Assembly (NCBI GenBank): GCA_963751275.1
Contig: CAVVTZ010000011.1
Location: 1 to 64,000, forward strand
Origin: an uncultured Gemmatimonadaceae bacterium
Lineage (GTDB): Bacteria; Gemmatimonadota; Gemmatimonadetes; Gemmatimonadales; Gemmatimonadaceae
Length of the DNA: 64,000 bases
Direction of reading: 5' to 3'
Shown: positions 15,064-26,625 of the stretch, piece after piece
How the letters are laid out: each line of letters begins with the position of its first letter
Numbering within the stretch: the stretch's first letter is position 1
The notes under the pieces: generated by a model
The model's database searches: none
What the model saw: the letters and a program-made list of their open reading frames with translations, nothing else
What the model was told of the DNA's origin: nothing
Program-made: the position numbers and the translations under genes

Positions 15064-16111
15064 ATGCCGCCGCAGCCACTTACCGATCGCGAGCGCCGGG
15101 TGCTCGAAGCGGTCATCCAGAGCTACGTGGAGACGGCGGAGCCCGCGGGTTCGCGCACGATCTCGCGCCGCTTCGGGATCGGCGTGTCGCCGGCGACGAT
15201 CCGCAACACGATGAGCGATCTGGAGGAAAAGGGTTTCCTCTTCCACCCGCACACGTCGGCCGGCCGCGTGCCCACCGACATGGCGTACCGCGTGTACGTG
15301 GACTCGCTCATGCACGCGCCCGCCGTGCTCGACCAGGGTTCGCGCGAGCGGCTCATTGGCGAGATGTCCGCGGGCGGCACCGCGATCGAGGCGATCCTCC
15401 GCCGCGCGGCGCAGGTGCTTGGCGTGCTCACGCAGGAACTGGGCGTGGCGCTCGGCCCGCAGCTGGCGCTCGCGCGTCTCGAGCGGCTGGAACTCGTGCG
15501 GCTCTCGGCGGAGCGGCTCCTGATGGTGCTCCGTCTCACCGGCGGGGCGGCGCAGAGCATCTTCGTCGAAGTGCCGGGCGAGGTGGCCGAGGCGGCGATG
15601 GCGGAGGTGTCGCGCATTCTCGAACGAGCGCCTCGCGGGGCTCACGCTGCGCGAGATCCGCACGACGCTCGCCGACCGGCTGCGCGACACCGCCGCGCCC
15701 CGTGAGGCGAAGGAACTGCTCAACATCTTCGTCCAGGAAGGCGAGCAGCTCTTCGACATGACGAAGCCGCTCGATGAGTCGCCGGTGCTGCTGGGGCAGA
15801 CGTCGGTGCTCGTGGAGCAGCCGGAGTTCGCGACCGGCGCGAGCCTGCGGCGCCTGCTCGAACTCACCGACCGCCCGGGCGCGCTGGGCGGGCTGATGCG
15901 CGCGCGGCACGCGAAGTCGGGGCTCTCGATCACGATCGGGCAGGAGCACACGGATCCGGCGCTCTCCGAGTTCACGCTCGTGACCGCGGAGTTCCACGTG
16001 GGCGGCCTGGCGGGCGTGATCGGCGTGATCGGACCGACGCGCATGCCGTACGAAAAAGTGATCTCCCTCGTCACGCACACATCGCGGCTCATCGCCGAAC
16101 TCATCGACTGA
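15064..16111 (+). CDS. hrcA: heat-inducible transcription repressor HrcA, frameshift near 15628
   Basis: '[26 protein letters not shown]', C-terminal '[10 protein letters not shown]'. Confidence 0.93.
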
Positions 16112-16146
16112 CCGGCGGCGGCGCGCGAGCGCCGCTTCCCACATAC

Positions 16147-17271
16147 ATGGCCGACTACTACGAACTGCTCGGGATCAAGCGCGACGCCACGCCGGAAGAC
16201 CTGAAGAAGGCCTACCGGAAGATGGCGATGCAATTCCATCCGGACCGCAACGACGGCTCGAAGGAGTCCGAGGAGCGGTTCAAGCAGATCACCGAGGCAT
16301 ACGAAGTGCTCGGCGATGAGAACAAGCGTGCGATCTACGACCGCTACGGCGAGGCCGGGCTGCGCCGCGGCGCGGGCTCGGTGCACCACGTGGACCTGAG
16401 CGAGGCGCTCAGCGTCTTCATGCAGAACTTCGGCATGGGCGGCATCGAGGATCTCTTCGGCGGCGGCGGGCGCACCCAGCAGACCACCGGCGCCGACGTG
16501 CGCGTGAACATGACGCTCAACTTCTCCGAGGCGGCGGCGGGCGTGGAGCGCAGCGTGAACGTGAAGCTGCTCGACGCGTGCGAGAAATGCTCGGGGAGCG
16601 GCGCGGAGCCCGGCACCACGTCGAAGCGCTGCCCCACGTGCGCGGGGCGCGGCGAGGTGCAGCGCGCGCAGCGCTCCTTCTTCGGCCAGTTCGTGAGCGT
16701 CGCGCCGTGCCCGACATGCTCGGGCGCGGGGCAGATCATCGAGACGCCGTGCAAGAAGTGCAAAGGCGACGGCCGCGTGCGCGGCGAGCACGCGCTCAAG
16801 GTGCAGGTGCCGGCCGGCGTCGCGAGCGGCCAGTACATGGTGATGCGCGGCGTGGGGAACGCCGGCCCGCGCGGCGGCCCGCGCGGCGACATCGCGGTGG
16901 TATTCGACGTGCAGGACGACCCGCGCTTCGAGCGCGATGGCGCGGAACTGTTCACCGAGGTGCTCGTGACCTATCCGCAGCTCGTGCTCGGCGCGGACAT
17001 CGAGGTGCCCGGCGTGGGCGGAAAGCTCTCGCTGCGTCTTCCGGCGGGCACGCCGAGCGGGCACGTGTTCACGATCCGCGGCCGCGGCTTGCCGCGCGTG
17101 AACGAGAAGGGGAATGGCGACCTGCATGTGCGCGTGCAGCTGTGGACGCCCACCTCGGTGAGTGCGGAGCAGAAGAAGGCGCTGGAGCAGCTGCGTGCGG
17201 TGGAGGGCGCGCCGCCTGAGCGCCGGCCGAAGGACTTGTGGGGCTGGCTGAAGGAGGCGCTCGGCGCATGA
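16147..17271 (+). CDS. dnaJ: chaperone DnaJ
   Basis: J-domain HPD motif, four CxxCxGxG repeats. Confidence 0.97.
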   Translation: MADYYELLGIKRDATPEDLKKAYRKMAMQFHPDRNDGSKESEERFKQITEAYEVLGDENKRAIYDRYGEAGLRRGAGSVHHVDLSEALSVFMQNFGMGGIEDLFGGGGRTQQTTGADVRVNMTLNFSEAAAGVERSVNVKLLDACEKCSGSGAEPGTTSKRCPTCAGRGEVQRAQRSFFGQFVSVAPCPTCSGAGQIIETPCKKCKGDGRVRGEHALKVQVPAGVASGQYMVMRGVGNAGPRGGPRGDIAVVFDVQDDPRFERDGAELFTEVLVTYPQLVLGADIEVPGVGGKLSLRLPAGTPSGHVFTIRGRGLPRVNEKGNGDLHVRVQLWTPTSVSAEQKKALEQLRAVEGAPPERRPKDLWGWLKEALGA

Positions 17272-18095
17272 GTTGGTTCGCGGTTCGCGTGACGGTCCCG
17301 AATGATGCGGCGCGAGCGAGCGTGGTGCGCGCGCTCGTCGCGGCGGGCGCGTCGGCGGTGCAGGAGGGAGACGGCGAGCTGGTCACGCATCTCACCGGCG
17401 ACTCGGACTTCGACGCGCTCGAGACGGCGGTGCGCACAGCGGGGGGCGGCGCCATGGACCGCACGCTGCTCGCCGACGCCGACTGGTCGGCGACGTGGAA
17501 GACGCGCGTTGGTGTGCAGCGGCTCGGGCGCATCGCGATCGCGCCGCCCTGGCTCGCCGCGGAGATCGCGGACGCGGAGTGCGCCGTGGTGATCGAGCCG
17601 GCGATGGCCTTCGGCACCGGCGAGCACGAGACGACGCGCAGCGTGCTCACGTTGATGCAGGATGCGGTGCGCGCGGGCGACGTGGTGGCCGACCTCGGCG
17701 CGGGGAGCGCGGTGCTGGCGATCGCGGCGGTGAAGCTCGGCGCACGCAAGGCGATCGCGATCGAGCTGGATCCCGACGCACTGGGGAACGCCGAGGAGAA
17801 CGTGCACCGCAACGGCGTGGACGCCGTCGTGACGCTCATTCGCGGCGACGCGGGCGTGCTGCTGCCGCTGGTCGCGCCGGTGCAGGTGATCCTCGCGAAC
17901 ATCATCTCGAGCGTGCTCATCGAGATCATGCCGGCGATGCGCCGCGCGCTCTCGCCCGGCGGGCGCGCCATATTGAGCGGCATCCTCACGACGGAGCGGC
18001 CGCAAATGTTGGCGGCGCTCACCGCCGGCGGCTGGACCGTGGACCGTGAACTCGTGGAGGGAGAGTGGTGGAGCTGCGCGATCGGCCCGCGATAG
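17268..18095 (+). CDS. prmA: ribosomal protein L11 methyltransferase
   Basis: '[14 protein letters not shown]', 'DLGAGS', 'ANI', 'LSGIL'; follows dnaJ. Confidence 0.9.
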   Translation: MSWFAVRVTVPNDAARASVVRALVAAGASAVQEGDGELVTHLTGDSDFDALETAVRTAGGGAMDRTLLADADWSATWKTRVGVQRLGRIAIAPPWLAAEIADAECAVVIEPAMAFGTGEHETTRSVLTLMQDAVRAGDVVADLGAGSAVLAIAAVKLGARKAIAIELDPDALGNAEENVHRNGVDAVVTLIRGDAGVLLPLVAPVQVILANIISSVLIEIMPAMRRALSPGGRAILSGILTTERPQMLAALTAGGWTVDRELVEGEWWSCAIGPR

Positions 18096-18817
18096 CGACG
18101 TTGTTCTCGGGGGAGTCCATGGCGCCCGGGCGGGTGACCACGCTCGGCGAGGGCGAGGCGCATCACGCGCGCGTGCTCCGCCTGGCGCTCGGCGACCGCG
18201 TGCGGCTCGTGGACGGCGCCGGCGCGGTGGCGACGGGGCAGATCGTGAAGGTCGCCAAGGGCGGCACGATGGTGGAGGTCGAGGCGGTGGACCGCGAGGA
18301 TCCCTTGCCGGTGATCCACCTGATGCTGCCGATCGCCGACCGCGACCGGATGCTCTGGCTGGCGGAGAAGGCGACCGAGCTCGGCGTCTTCAGCTGGCGT
18401 CCGGTGATGTGGCGGCGCTCGCGCAACGTGAGTCCGCGCGGCGAGGGGGTGGGGTTCCAGACGCGCGTGCGCGCGCGCATGGTGAGTGCGCTCACGCAGT
18501 GCGGCGGCGCGTGGCTGCCGGTGCTGTACCCGGATGCGCCGGTGGAGCGCGCGCTGTCCGCGTGTCCGGCCGGCGTGCGCTGGCTGCTCGACGCCAGCGG
18601 CGAGCCGGCGACGGCGCAGCCGGTGAAGGCGCCGATCACGATCGCGCTCGGCCCCGAAGGCGGACTCGAACCGGCCGAGCGTTCGGCGATGCTCGCCGCC
18701 GGCTTCACGCCGGTGACGCTTGCGCCGCTCACGCTGCGCTTCGAGACCGCCGCGATCGCCGCGCTCGGCATCGCGCGCGCGGCGCTCACCGCGGCCAAGG
18801 AGCGCGCCCGTGTCTGA
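18065..18817 (+). CDS. rsmE: 16S rRNA m3U1498 methyltransferase
   Basis: 'HHARVLRL', 'EKATELGV', 'GPEGGL', 'LRFETA'. Confidence 0.92.
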   Translation: MVELRDRPAIATLFSGESMAPGRVTTLGEGEAHHARVLRLALGDRVRLVDGAGAVATGQIVKVAKGGTMVEVEAVDREDPLPVIHLMLPIADRDRMLWLAEKATELGVFSWRPVMWRRSRNVSPRGEGVGFQTRVRARMVSALTQCGGAWLPVLYPDAPVERALSACPAGVRWLLDASGEPATAQPVKAPITIALGPEGGLEPAERSAMLAAGFTPVTLAPLTLRFETAAIAALGIARAALTAAKERARV

Positions 18818-19151
18818 CGACTGCCTCTTCTGCAAGATCGCGCGCAAGGAGATCCCGGCGACGATCGTCGCCGAGGACGAACATTGCCTCGCGTTCCGCG
18901 ACATCGCGCCGAAGGCGCCGGTGCACATCCTCGTGATCCCGCGCGAGCACGTGGCATCGCTCGACGAAGCGAAGGACGCGATGATGATCGGCCGGATGGC
19001 GCTGTTCGCCGCGGAGATCGCGCGCAAGGAAGGGATCGCCAAAGCCGGCTACCGTGTGATCTTCAACACGAACGCGGGGGCGGGGCAGACCGTGTTCCAT
19101 CTCCACCTGCACCTGCTCGGCGGCCGCGACATGAAATGGCCGCCTGGGTAA
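18810..19151 (+). CDS. hinT: histidine triad (HIT) nucleotide-binding protein
   Basis: 'DCLFCKI', 'GQTVFHLHLHLLGG..WPPG'. Confidence 0.92.
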   Translation: MSDDCLFCKIARKEIPATIVAEDEHCLAFRDIAPKAPVHILVIPREHVASLDEAKDAMMIGRMALFAAEIARKEGIAKAGYRVIFNTNAGAGQTVFHLHLHLLGGRDMKWPPG

Positions 19152-19313
19152 GGCTGACGGCGAGTGTGACACCGCTGACGGCGAGTGTGACACCGCTGAC
19201 GGCGCCGGTGGTCGTTGACGTGTGGCAAGGGCGCAGTTGCCACACGTCAACGACTACACGCGCCGTCAGCGGCGTCACACTCGCCGTTCGCGGTGTTACA
19301 GGCGCCGTCAGCC
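19152..19313. repeat. palindromic element B, second copy of the 21-bp-unit stem-loop family
   Basis: Same units and core stem as 13747-13925, with a different 8-nt loop (gggcgcag, 19229-19236). Confidence 0.92.
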
Positions 19314-19325
19314 CCTGATGCTTCC

Positions 19326-19354
19326 TTGAACCGCCCTGCGCCAGCGGGTAGCTT
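19326..19354 (+). promoter_or_regulatory. sigma70-type promoter for yqeY (near-leaderless)
   Basis: TTGAAC-17 bp-TAGCTT; ATG 9 nt after the -10. Confidence 0.6.
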
Positions 19355-19363
19355 TCACTTCCT

Positions 19364-19807
19364 ATGGCGGCTCTTCAGGACAAGCTCCAGCAGGAGCTCA
19401 ACACGTATCGCAAGGCGCAGGATAAGTTCGGCACGCTCTTGCTGAGCACCATCCTGGCCGATGTGAAGAACAAGCGGATCGAGCTCCAGCGCGATCTGAC
19501 CGACGATGACATCATCGACGTCCTCCGCCGCGGGATCAAGCGCCGCAAGGAGAGCGTCGAGATGTACGAGAAGGGCGCGCGCGAGGATCTCGCGTCGCGC
19601 GAGCGTGCGGAGTTCACCGCGCTCGAGAAGTATCTCCCCGCTTCAGTGAGCGACGACGAGCTGCGCGCGGCGATCAAAGCCGCGGTCGCGGGCGGCGCGA
19701 AGAACATCGGCGCCGTGATGGGCAAAGTCATGCCCCAGTTCAAGGGGCGCGCCGATGGTTCGGTCATCAACCGCATCGCGCGCGAGGAGCTGGGCCCTCA
19801 GCCCTGA
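19364..19807 (+). CDS. yqeY: GatB/YqeY domain protein
   Basis: 'KRRKESVEMYEKGAREDLA..E...LEKYLP', 'GAVMGKVMPQFKGRADG'. Confidence 0.9.
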   Translation: MAALQDKLQQELNTYRKAQDKFGTLLLSTILADVKNKRIELQRDLTDDDIIDVLRRGIKRRKESVEMYEKGAREDLASRERAEFTALEKYLPASVSDDELRAAIKAAVAGGAKNIGAVMGKVMPQFKGRADGSVINRIAREELGPQP

Positions 19808-19895
19808 CCGTGATCATCGACGCGAACCACCACGGCGCCCGGACGCGAGCGAAGTTGCTCCCGTCCGGGCGCCAGCCCTTTGTGGGGGTGGTGTC

Positions 19896-22285
19896 GTGAA
19901 CCGGCATGCGCTGCAGGTGCTGGAATTCCCGCAGGTGCTCGACCTGGTCGCGGGCCGCGCGGCATCGGCGCTTGGCGCGGCGCGCGTGCGGACGTTCGCG
20001 CCGTCCACTGACCGCGCGTGGATCGAGCGCGAGCATCAACTGGTGTCGGCCGCGCGCACGGCGATCGCGGGTTCGGACGGGTGGCGTCCAGAATCGATCC
20101 CTGAGGTCGGGCCCGCGCTCGCGCGCCTGCGCGCCGCCGGGAGCGTGCTCAGCGCCGCGGAGCTGGTCGGGCTCGCGGTCATGCTGCGGTCGTCGCGCCT
20201 CACGCGCGATGCGCTGGCGCCGGCGCGCGCGCCGGGCGGGCTCGCCGCGCTCGCGGCGACACTGACTGTCGCGAAGAGCGAGGAAGCATCGATCACGAGA
20301 GCGATCGGCGACGACTTCGCGGTGCTCGATTCCGCATCCTCGACGCTGCGCAAGCTCCGCCGCGAGCGCGCCTCCGCGCAGTCCGAGCTCGTGCAGATGC
20401 TCGAGAAGATCCTCGCGCGCCTCGACAACAACGCGCGCGTGCCCGACATGTCGGTGACGATGCGCAACGGTCGCTACGTGATCCCGGTGCGCCGCGAAGG
20501 GCGGAACTCCGTGGGCGGCATCGTGCACGACGAGTCGGGGAGCCGCGGCACGTTGTTCGTGGAGCCGCCGGCCGCCGTGGAACTCGGTAACCGCATCCGC
20601 GAGATCGAGGCGGAGGAGCGCGACGAGATCGAGCGCATCCTCGCGGCGCTCACCGACGAGGTGCGTCCGCTGCGCGATGGCCTCACCGAATCGCTCGAGA
20701 CGCTCATCGTGCTCGACACGCTGTACGCGCGCGCTCGCTTCGCGGATGAGTTCGCGTGCGTGCCGGCGGCGCTCGCGTCGCCGGGCGAAGGCTTCGCGAT
20801 CTTCGCCGGCCGCCATCCGCTGCTCGCCGCGCGTTCCGGCGCCGTGGTCCCGTTCGACCTCGCGATGGACGCGAGCGAGCGCACGCTGCTCCTCTCCGGC
20901 CCGAACACCGGCGGCAAGACGGTGCTGCTCAAGGCGCTCGGCCTGCTCTCCGCGATGACCCAGGCGGGGATCCCCGCCACCGTGGGCGACGAGAGCCGCG
21001 TCCCGCTCTTCGATGATTGCTTCGCCGACATCGGCGACGAGCAGTCGATCGAGGCCAGTCTCTCGACGTTCAGCGCGCATTCTGCGGAACCTCGGCGAGA
21101 TCCTCGCGCGCGCGACCGGCGATTCGCTCGCGCTGGTCGACGAGCTCGGTTCCGGCACCGATCCGTCGGAAGGCGCGGCGCTCGGCGCGGCGGTGCTCGA
21201 GGCGCTCACGGCGCGCGGCACGCGCACCGTGGCCACGACGCATCTCGGCGCGCTCAAGCTGCTCGCCACCGAGCAGCCCGGCATCGTCAATGCATCGCTG
21301 CAGTTCGACGAGCAGCGCCTCGAGCCGACGTACCGGCTGCTCAAGGGTGTGCCCGGCCGCTCGTACGGACTCGGCATCGCGCGGCGGCTCGCGCTGCCGG
21401 AGGACGTGCTCGCGCGCGCGGAGCAGCGCATGTCAGGAGAGGAGCGCGATCTCAACGCGCTGCTCGCCGACCTCGAGCGGCGCTCGGCGGAGCTGGAGCT
21501 GCGCGAGCGCGATGCGGCGATGGCGCACGAGAGCGCGGCGGCGCGATTGGCGAATGTGGGCGCGCGCGAGAAGGCCGCGCGGGAAGCCGAGCGCACGATG
21601 GAGCGGCGCGCGCGCGAGGAATCGCGCGCGATGCTGCTGGCGGCGCGCCGAGACATCGAGCGCGTGGTGCAGGAACTGCGCGAGGCCGGCGCGAGCGAGA
21701 CCGCGGCGAAGGCGGCGCGCCGGCACATCGAGGAACTCGCGGGCGCGCAGGCGTCCGCCGTGCGCGCGCTCGAAGGCGAGTCGCCCGGAGCAGCAGCCGG
21801 ACGAAGCCGCCGACGTGGCGGGCGTCGCCCTCGCGCCCGGCGATGCGGTGGCGGTCGAGACGCTCGCCGGCCGCGTGGGCACCGTGATCTCGCTGCGCGA
21901 CGAGGAAGCTATCGTCGCCGTCGGCGCGATGAAGCTCCGCGTTCCCGCGCGCACGCTGCGCCGCACCGCGCGCGCGACCGCGCCGGCGGGCGCCGCGTCC
22001 GCGCTCACGCCCGTGCACATCCACTCGCTGCCGGATGAGAATCCGGTCACCGAAGTGGACCTGCGCGGACTGCGCGTGGACGAGATGGAGCAGGCGCTGC
22101 TCGCGGCGATCGATTCCGCGGTGCGCTCCGATCTCAAGGAGATCCGCATCATCCACGGCAAGGGGACGGGCGCGCTGCGCGAGCGCGCGGGCGAGCTGCT
22201 GCAGGGCGATCCGCGCGTCGCGTCGCACCGGCTGGGCGCGTGGAACGAAGGCGGCGCCGGCGTCACCATCGCGGAACTGAGGTAG
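19896..22285 (+). CDS. mutS2: endonuclease MutS2, frameshifts near 21082 and 21780
   Basis: 'LEFPQV', 'GPNTGGKT', 'DIGDEQSI..SLSTFS', 'DELGSGTDP', C-terminal Smr 'IHGKGTGAL'. Confidence 0.93.
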
Positions 22286-22289
22286 CGCG

Positions 22290-24117
22290 ATGATCACCGA
22301 CGAGACGGTCGAGAAAGTGCGCGAGGCCGCCGACATCACGGCGATCATCGGCGAGCACGTGAAGCTCAAGAAGGTCGGCAACAGCTGGCGCGGTCCCTGT
22401 CCCTTCCACCAGGGCACGCATCCGAATTTCTCGGTGGTGCCGTCGAAGGGGCTGTACATCTGCTTCGTCTGCGGCGAGAAGGGCGATGTCTTCACCTTCC
22501 TGCAGAAGCAGCTCGGCATCGATTTCCCCTCGGCGGTGAAGCAGGTGGCCGAGCGCGTCGGGATCATCGTGGAGGAGACGCGCCAGCGGCGCGAGGGCCC
22601 CGACCCGCGGCAGCCGCTGTGGGACGCGAACTCCGCCGTCGCCGACTATTTCCGCACGCAGCTCTGGGACGAGAAGGAGGGCGAGGAGGCGCGCAATTAT
22701 CTCGCGCTGCGCCGCGTGTCGCGCGAGGTCGCCGACCGCTTCGGCCTCGGCTACGCGCCGCGCGATCCGGCGGCGATGCGCGGCCATCTCAACAAGATCG
22801 GAATGAGCGACGAGGTGCTGCTCACCGCCGGCCTGCTCGTGCGGCGCGAGGAGAACGGCGAGCTGCGCCCGCGGTTCCGCAGCCGGCTCATGTTCCCGAT
22901 CCTCGATGCGTCGAGCAATTCCGTCGGATTCGGCGGCCGGCTGCTGGGACCCGGCGAGCCGAAGTACCTGAACAGCGCCGAGTCGCCGGTGTACTCGAAG
23001 TCGAAGCTGCTCTACGGGCTGAACATGGCGAAGCACCAGATCCGGAAGGATGATCGCGTGATGGTCGTCGAGGGATATTTCGACGTGGTGCGCCTCGTGT
23101 CCGCGGGATTCGACTGGGTGGTGGCGCCGCTCGGCACCGCGCTCACCGATGAACAGGCGGCGCTGCTGCGGAAGTACACGAAGAACGCCTTCCTGCTCTA
23201 CGATTCGGACCGCGCCGGACTCAAGGCGACGTTCCGCTCCGGCGACCAGCTGCTGCGCCACGGGATGTCGGTGCAGGTGGTGACGCTCCCCGAGGGCGAG
23301 GACCCCGACAGCTTCGTGGACAAGCAGGGCGGGGCGGCGCTGCGCGAGCAGCTCGCGCACGCGATCAATGTGTTCGAGCGGAAGGTGCAGCTGCTGCAGC
23401 GCGCGGGGTGGTTCGCCGACCTCACGACGAAGCGGCGCGCGCTCGACCGGCTGCTGCCGACCATTCGCGCCACGTCGGACCCGCTCATGCGGGACATCTG
23501 ACCTCTCCCGAACGGCTGAAGTGGCGGGGGTGGCAAAGGAGATATTGGAGCGCGAGGCGGACGCGCTGCCGGCGGTGAATGAGATGCGGGGAACGTCGCG
23601 CGCGGCGGCGCCGCGCGCGGAGCAGCGGACGAATGCGCCCGTGCCGTCGATGCGCGCCCGCGGTGCGGCGCGAGCGAGTACGCGCGCGCCGGCGTCCGAG
23701 CGCGATCTCGTGTGGGTCCTGCTGCACGACCGCGCGCAGGTGGAGGCGGCCGGCGAGCAGGTGGGTCCCGACGATCTCAGCGATCCGGCACTGCGGGACA
23801 TCCTGCGCGTGCTGCTCGCGGCCGATCCAGCGGTGCCGAGCAGCGAACTCGCCGCCGAGCTCGTACCCGAGAGCGTGCCGCTCTTCCAGGACTTGCTCGA
23901 GCGCCCGCTGTTGGACGGCATGGACACCGGCAGTCTCATGAGCGGCTGCCTCGCGCACATCCGCGCGGCGCTGATCGAACGGCGGCTGGACGAGATCGAC
24001 GGCGAGATCCGCATCGCGTCGCCGGAAGAACAGGATGCCTTGCTCGCCGAGAAGCAGCGGCTGCACCGTGAAGTCGTCGCGCTCGGCGTGCGGCGATACA
24101 AATCGTTCGCCCGGTAA
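22290..24117 (+). CDS. dnaG: DNA primase, frameshift near 23498
   Basis: Zinc finger 'CPFH..CFVC', 'KYLNS.ES', TOPRIM 'VEGYFDV', 'YDSDRAG', 'DPD'. Confidence 0.95.
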
Positions 24118-24140
24118 CCAACCACGCTTCGGAGGATCCA

Positions 24141-24845
24141 TTGAATCCAGATCTGGTGAGCTTGCTCGCGCTGCAGCAGGATGACATGGCGGTGTCGCAG
24201 GTGCGCGCGCGGCTGAAGGAGATCGATGAGCAGGTCGCGGCGCTCGACCGCGCCAAGTCCGGCGCCACGGCGGCGCTGGCCCGCGCGAAGACCGCGCTCG
24301 AGGCCGAGGAGACGCGGCACCGCGATCTCACGAACAAGGTGCAGGACCACAAGGCGCTGCAGGAGCACCACGTCGGCGCGCTCGACGCCGTGCGCAAGCC
24401 GCGCGAAGCGACCGCCGCGATGGCGCAGATCGAGATGACGCGAAAGGTCCTCGCGCAGGAAGAGAGCGATCTGCACGCGATGGGTTCGCGCATCATGGAC
24501 CTGCGCCAGGCGGCGGGACTGCAGGAGCTCGAGATCGCCGAGATCAATACGAAGCAGGCGGAGGAGCGCGCCGCGATCGCCGAGACGCGCGCCGGCGTCG
24601 AGCAGGAGCTCGCCGCGGCGATCGCGAAGCGCACCGCCACATCGGCCGGTGTGTCGAAGGGGATGCTCAGCAAGTACGAGCGCCTGCGCGAACGCGGGCA
24701 GTCGGAGCCGCTGTTCGCGCTGCGCGGCCAGGCGTGCGGCCGCTGCAACACGTCCATCCCGCTCCAGCGGCGGAACGGCATCGCCGGCGGCAAGGCGATC
24801 GAGGTCTGTGAGGGCTGCGGCGTGCTCCTCTACGCAACGGCGTGA
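24141..24845 (+). CDS. coiled-coil protein with C-terminal C4 zinc ribbon (DUF164/CT398-like)
   Basis: 'LLALQQDD', long coiled coil, 'CGRC..CEGCGVLLY'. Confidence 0.85.
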   Translation: MNPDLVSLLALQQDDMAVSQVRARLKEIDEQVAALDRAKSGATAALARAKTALEAEETRHRDLTNKVQDHKALQEHHVGALDAVRKPREATAAMAQIEMTRKVLAQEESDLHAMGSRIMDLRQAAGLQELEIAEINTKQAEERAAIAETRAGVEQELAAAIAKRTATSAGVSKGMLSKYERLRERGQSEPLFALRGQACGRCNTSIPLQRRNGIAGGKAIEVCEGCGVLLYATA

Positions 24846-24882
24846 TGATGCGGGCGGCGCCCGATGCGGTAGTTTGACGGTC

Positions 24883-26622
24883 ATGGGTTCCTTTCGTTCC
24901 GCGGCGGGCGCGCTCGCGACGCGCTGGCGGTTGCCGGCGCCGGCGGATGACGCGTCGAGCGCATCGATCGCGGCGCTGGCCGCCGAGTTGCATCTGCCGC
25001 CCGCGATCTGCGAACTGCTCGCGCGGCGCGGCTACGCCGGTGTGGAAGAGGCGCGCCGCTATCTCCGGCCGCGGCTCGAGCAGCTGCTGCCGCCGTCGCA
25101 ACTTCCCGGCCTCGACGAGGCGGTCGCGCGCATCGCGCGCGCGCTGCGCGACGGCGAGATGATCCTGATCCACGGCGACTACGACGTGGACGGCATGGCC
25201 TCCACCGCGATCATGGTGCGCACGCTGCGCGCGCTCGGCGGGCGGGTCACGCCGTTCATCCCGCGCCGGGTGGAGGATGGCTACGATCTCTCGATGGCCG
25301 GCGTGCGCGCGGCGATCGCGGCCGGCGCGACGCTCGTGATCAGCTGCGACTGCGGCACGAATGCCGTCGCTCCGGCGCGCGCGCTGCGCGACGCGGGGAT
25401 CGATCTCATCATCGTCGACCATCACCTGCCGGGCGGCGAGATGCCGCCGTGCGTGGCGCTCGTGAACCCGAAGCGGCCCGGCGCCGATTATCCGGACCCC
25501 GATCTCGCCGCCGCCGGACTCGCGTTCAAGCTGGCGCTCGCGGTCACGCAGGCGCAGGGCGGCGACGAGAACGCGGTGTTCAAGATGCTCGATCTCGCCG
25601 CGCTCGCGACGATCGCGGATGTCGCGCCGCTCCGCGGCGAGAATCGCGTGATCGCGCGCTACGGGCTCAAGGTGATGAGTGACTCGCCGAATCCCGGGCT
25701 GCGCGCGCTCATTCGCGCCGCCGGCCTCGACGGCAAGCCGCTCACCGCCGGCCGCGTGGGCTTCGGCCTCGCGCCGCGGCTGAACGCGGTGGGCCGGCTG
25801 GGCGAGGCGATCCGCGGCGTCGAACTCCTCACGACCGACGATCCGGCGGTCGCGATGAGCCTGGCGCGCGATTTCGAGGAGCTCAATCGCCGCCGCCAGG
25901 ACCTGGACCAGAAGACGCTCACGACCGCGATCGAGATGATCGAGCGTCTCGATCTCGATGCCACGCGCGGGCTCGTCATCGCCGGCGAGGGCTGGCATCC
26001 CGGCGTGATCGGCATCGTCGCGTCGCGCGTGGTCGAGCGCTTCGGGCGCCCGGCGATCCTCATCGCGCTCAGCGGAGGCGAAGGGAAGGGCTCCGGCCGC
26101 TCGATCTCCGGCTTCGACCTGCACGGCGCGCTCGGCGAGTGCGCGGATCTCCTCGTGCGCTATGGCGGCCATCGCGCGGCGGCCGGCGTGACCGTCGCCG
26201 CGCAGAACATCGAGGCGTTCGCCGCCCGCTTCAACGAGGTGGCGTGCGCGAAGCTGACCGCCGAGGATCTCGTGCCGGAGCTGCGCGTGGACCTCGAGAT
26301 CCCGCTCTCCGCGGCGACGCCGGACCTCGAGGCGCTCATGCGCCACATGGAGCCCTTCGGCCCTGGGAATCCGGCGCCGGTGTTCGTCGCGCGGCGCGTG
26401 TCGCTTGCCGGCGCGCCGCGCACGATGGGCAAGGAGAACACGCACCTCAAACTGCGGCTCGCCGATGGCGCCGCGGAGCTCGATGCGATCGGCTGGGGGA
26501 TGGGCGATCGCGCGGCGGCGCTCGCGGCCGGCGGCGCGGTGGACGTCGCCTTCCGGCTGGAGCGCGACGAGTACCAGGGCGCCTCGCGGTTGCAGGCGAA
26601 GATCGCCGACATCCGGGCTTAG
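24883..26622 (+). CDS. recJ: single-stranded DNA exonuclease RecJ
   Basis: 'GDYDVDG', 'DCG', 'DHH', 'PRLNAVGR', 'GSGRS', 'GGHRAAAG'. Confidence 0.96.
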   Translation: MGSFRSAAGALATRWRLPAPADDASSASIAALAAELHLPPAICELLARRGYAGVEEARRYLRPRLEQLLPPSQLPGLDEAVARIARALRDGEMILIHGDYDVDGMASTAIMVRTLRALGGRVTPFIPRRVEDGYDLSMAGVRAAIAAGATLVISCDCGTNAVAPARALRDAGIDLIIVDHHLPGGEMPPCVALVNPKRPGADYPDPDLAAAGLAFKLALAVTQAQGGDENAVFKMLDLAALATIADVAPLRGENRVIARYGLKVMSDSPNPGLRALIRAAGLDGKPLTAGRVGFGLAPRLNAVGRLGEAIRGVELLTTDDPAVAMSLARDFEELNRRRQDLDQKTLTTAIEMIERLDLDATRGLVIAGEGWHPGVIGIVASRVVERFGRPAILIALSGGEGKGSGRSISGFDLHGALGECADLLVRYGGHRAAAGVTVAAQNIEAFAARFNEVACAKLTAEDLVPELRVDLEIPLSAATPDLEALMRHMEPFGPGNPAPVFVARRVSLAGAPRTMGKENTHLKLRLADGAAELDAIGWGMGDRAAALAAGGAVDVAFRLERDEYQGASRLQAKIADIRA

Positions 26623-26625
26623 CCG

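Noticed and set aside
13926..16146. CIRCE operator upstream of hemW, hrcA or dnaJ
   Set aside because: I found no TTAGCACTC-N9-GAGTGCTAA match by eye.
13409..19445. ORFs with VTPLTAS or RRQRCH repeats overlapping the palindromic elements
   Set aside because: These are translations of the 21-bp DNA repeat. They overlap real genes and lack initiation signals.
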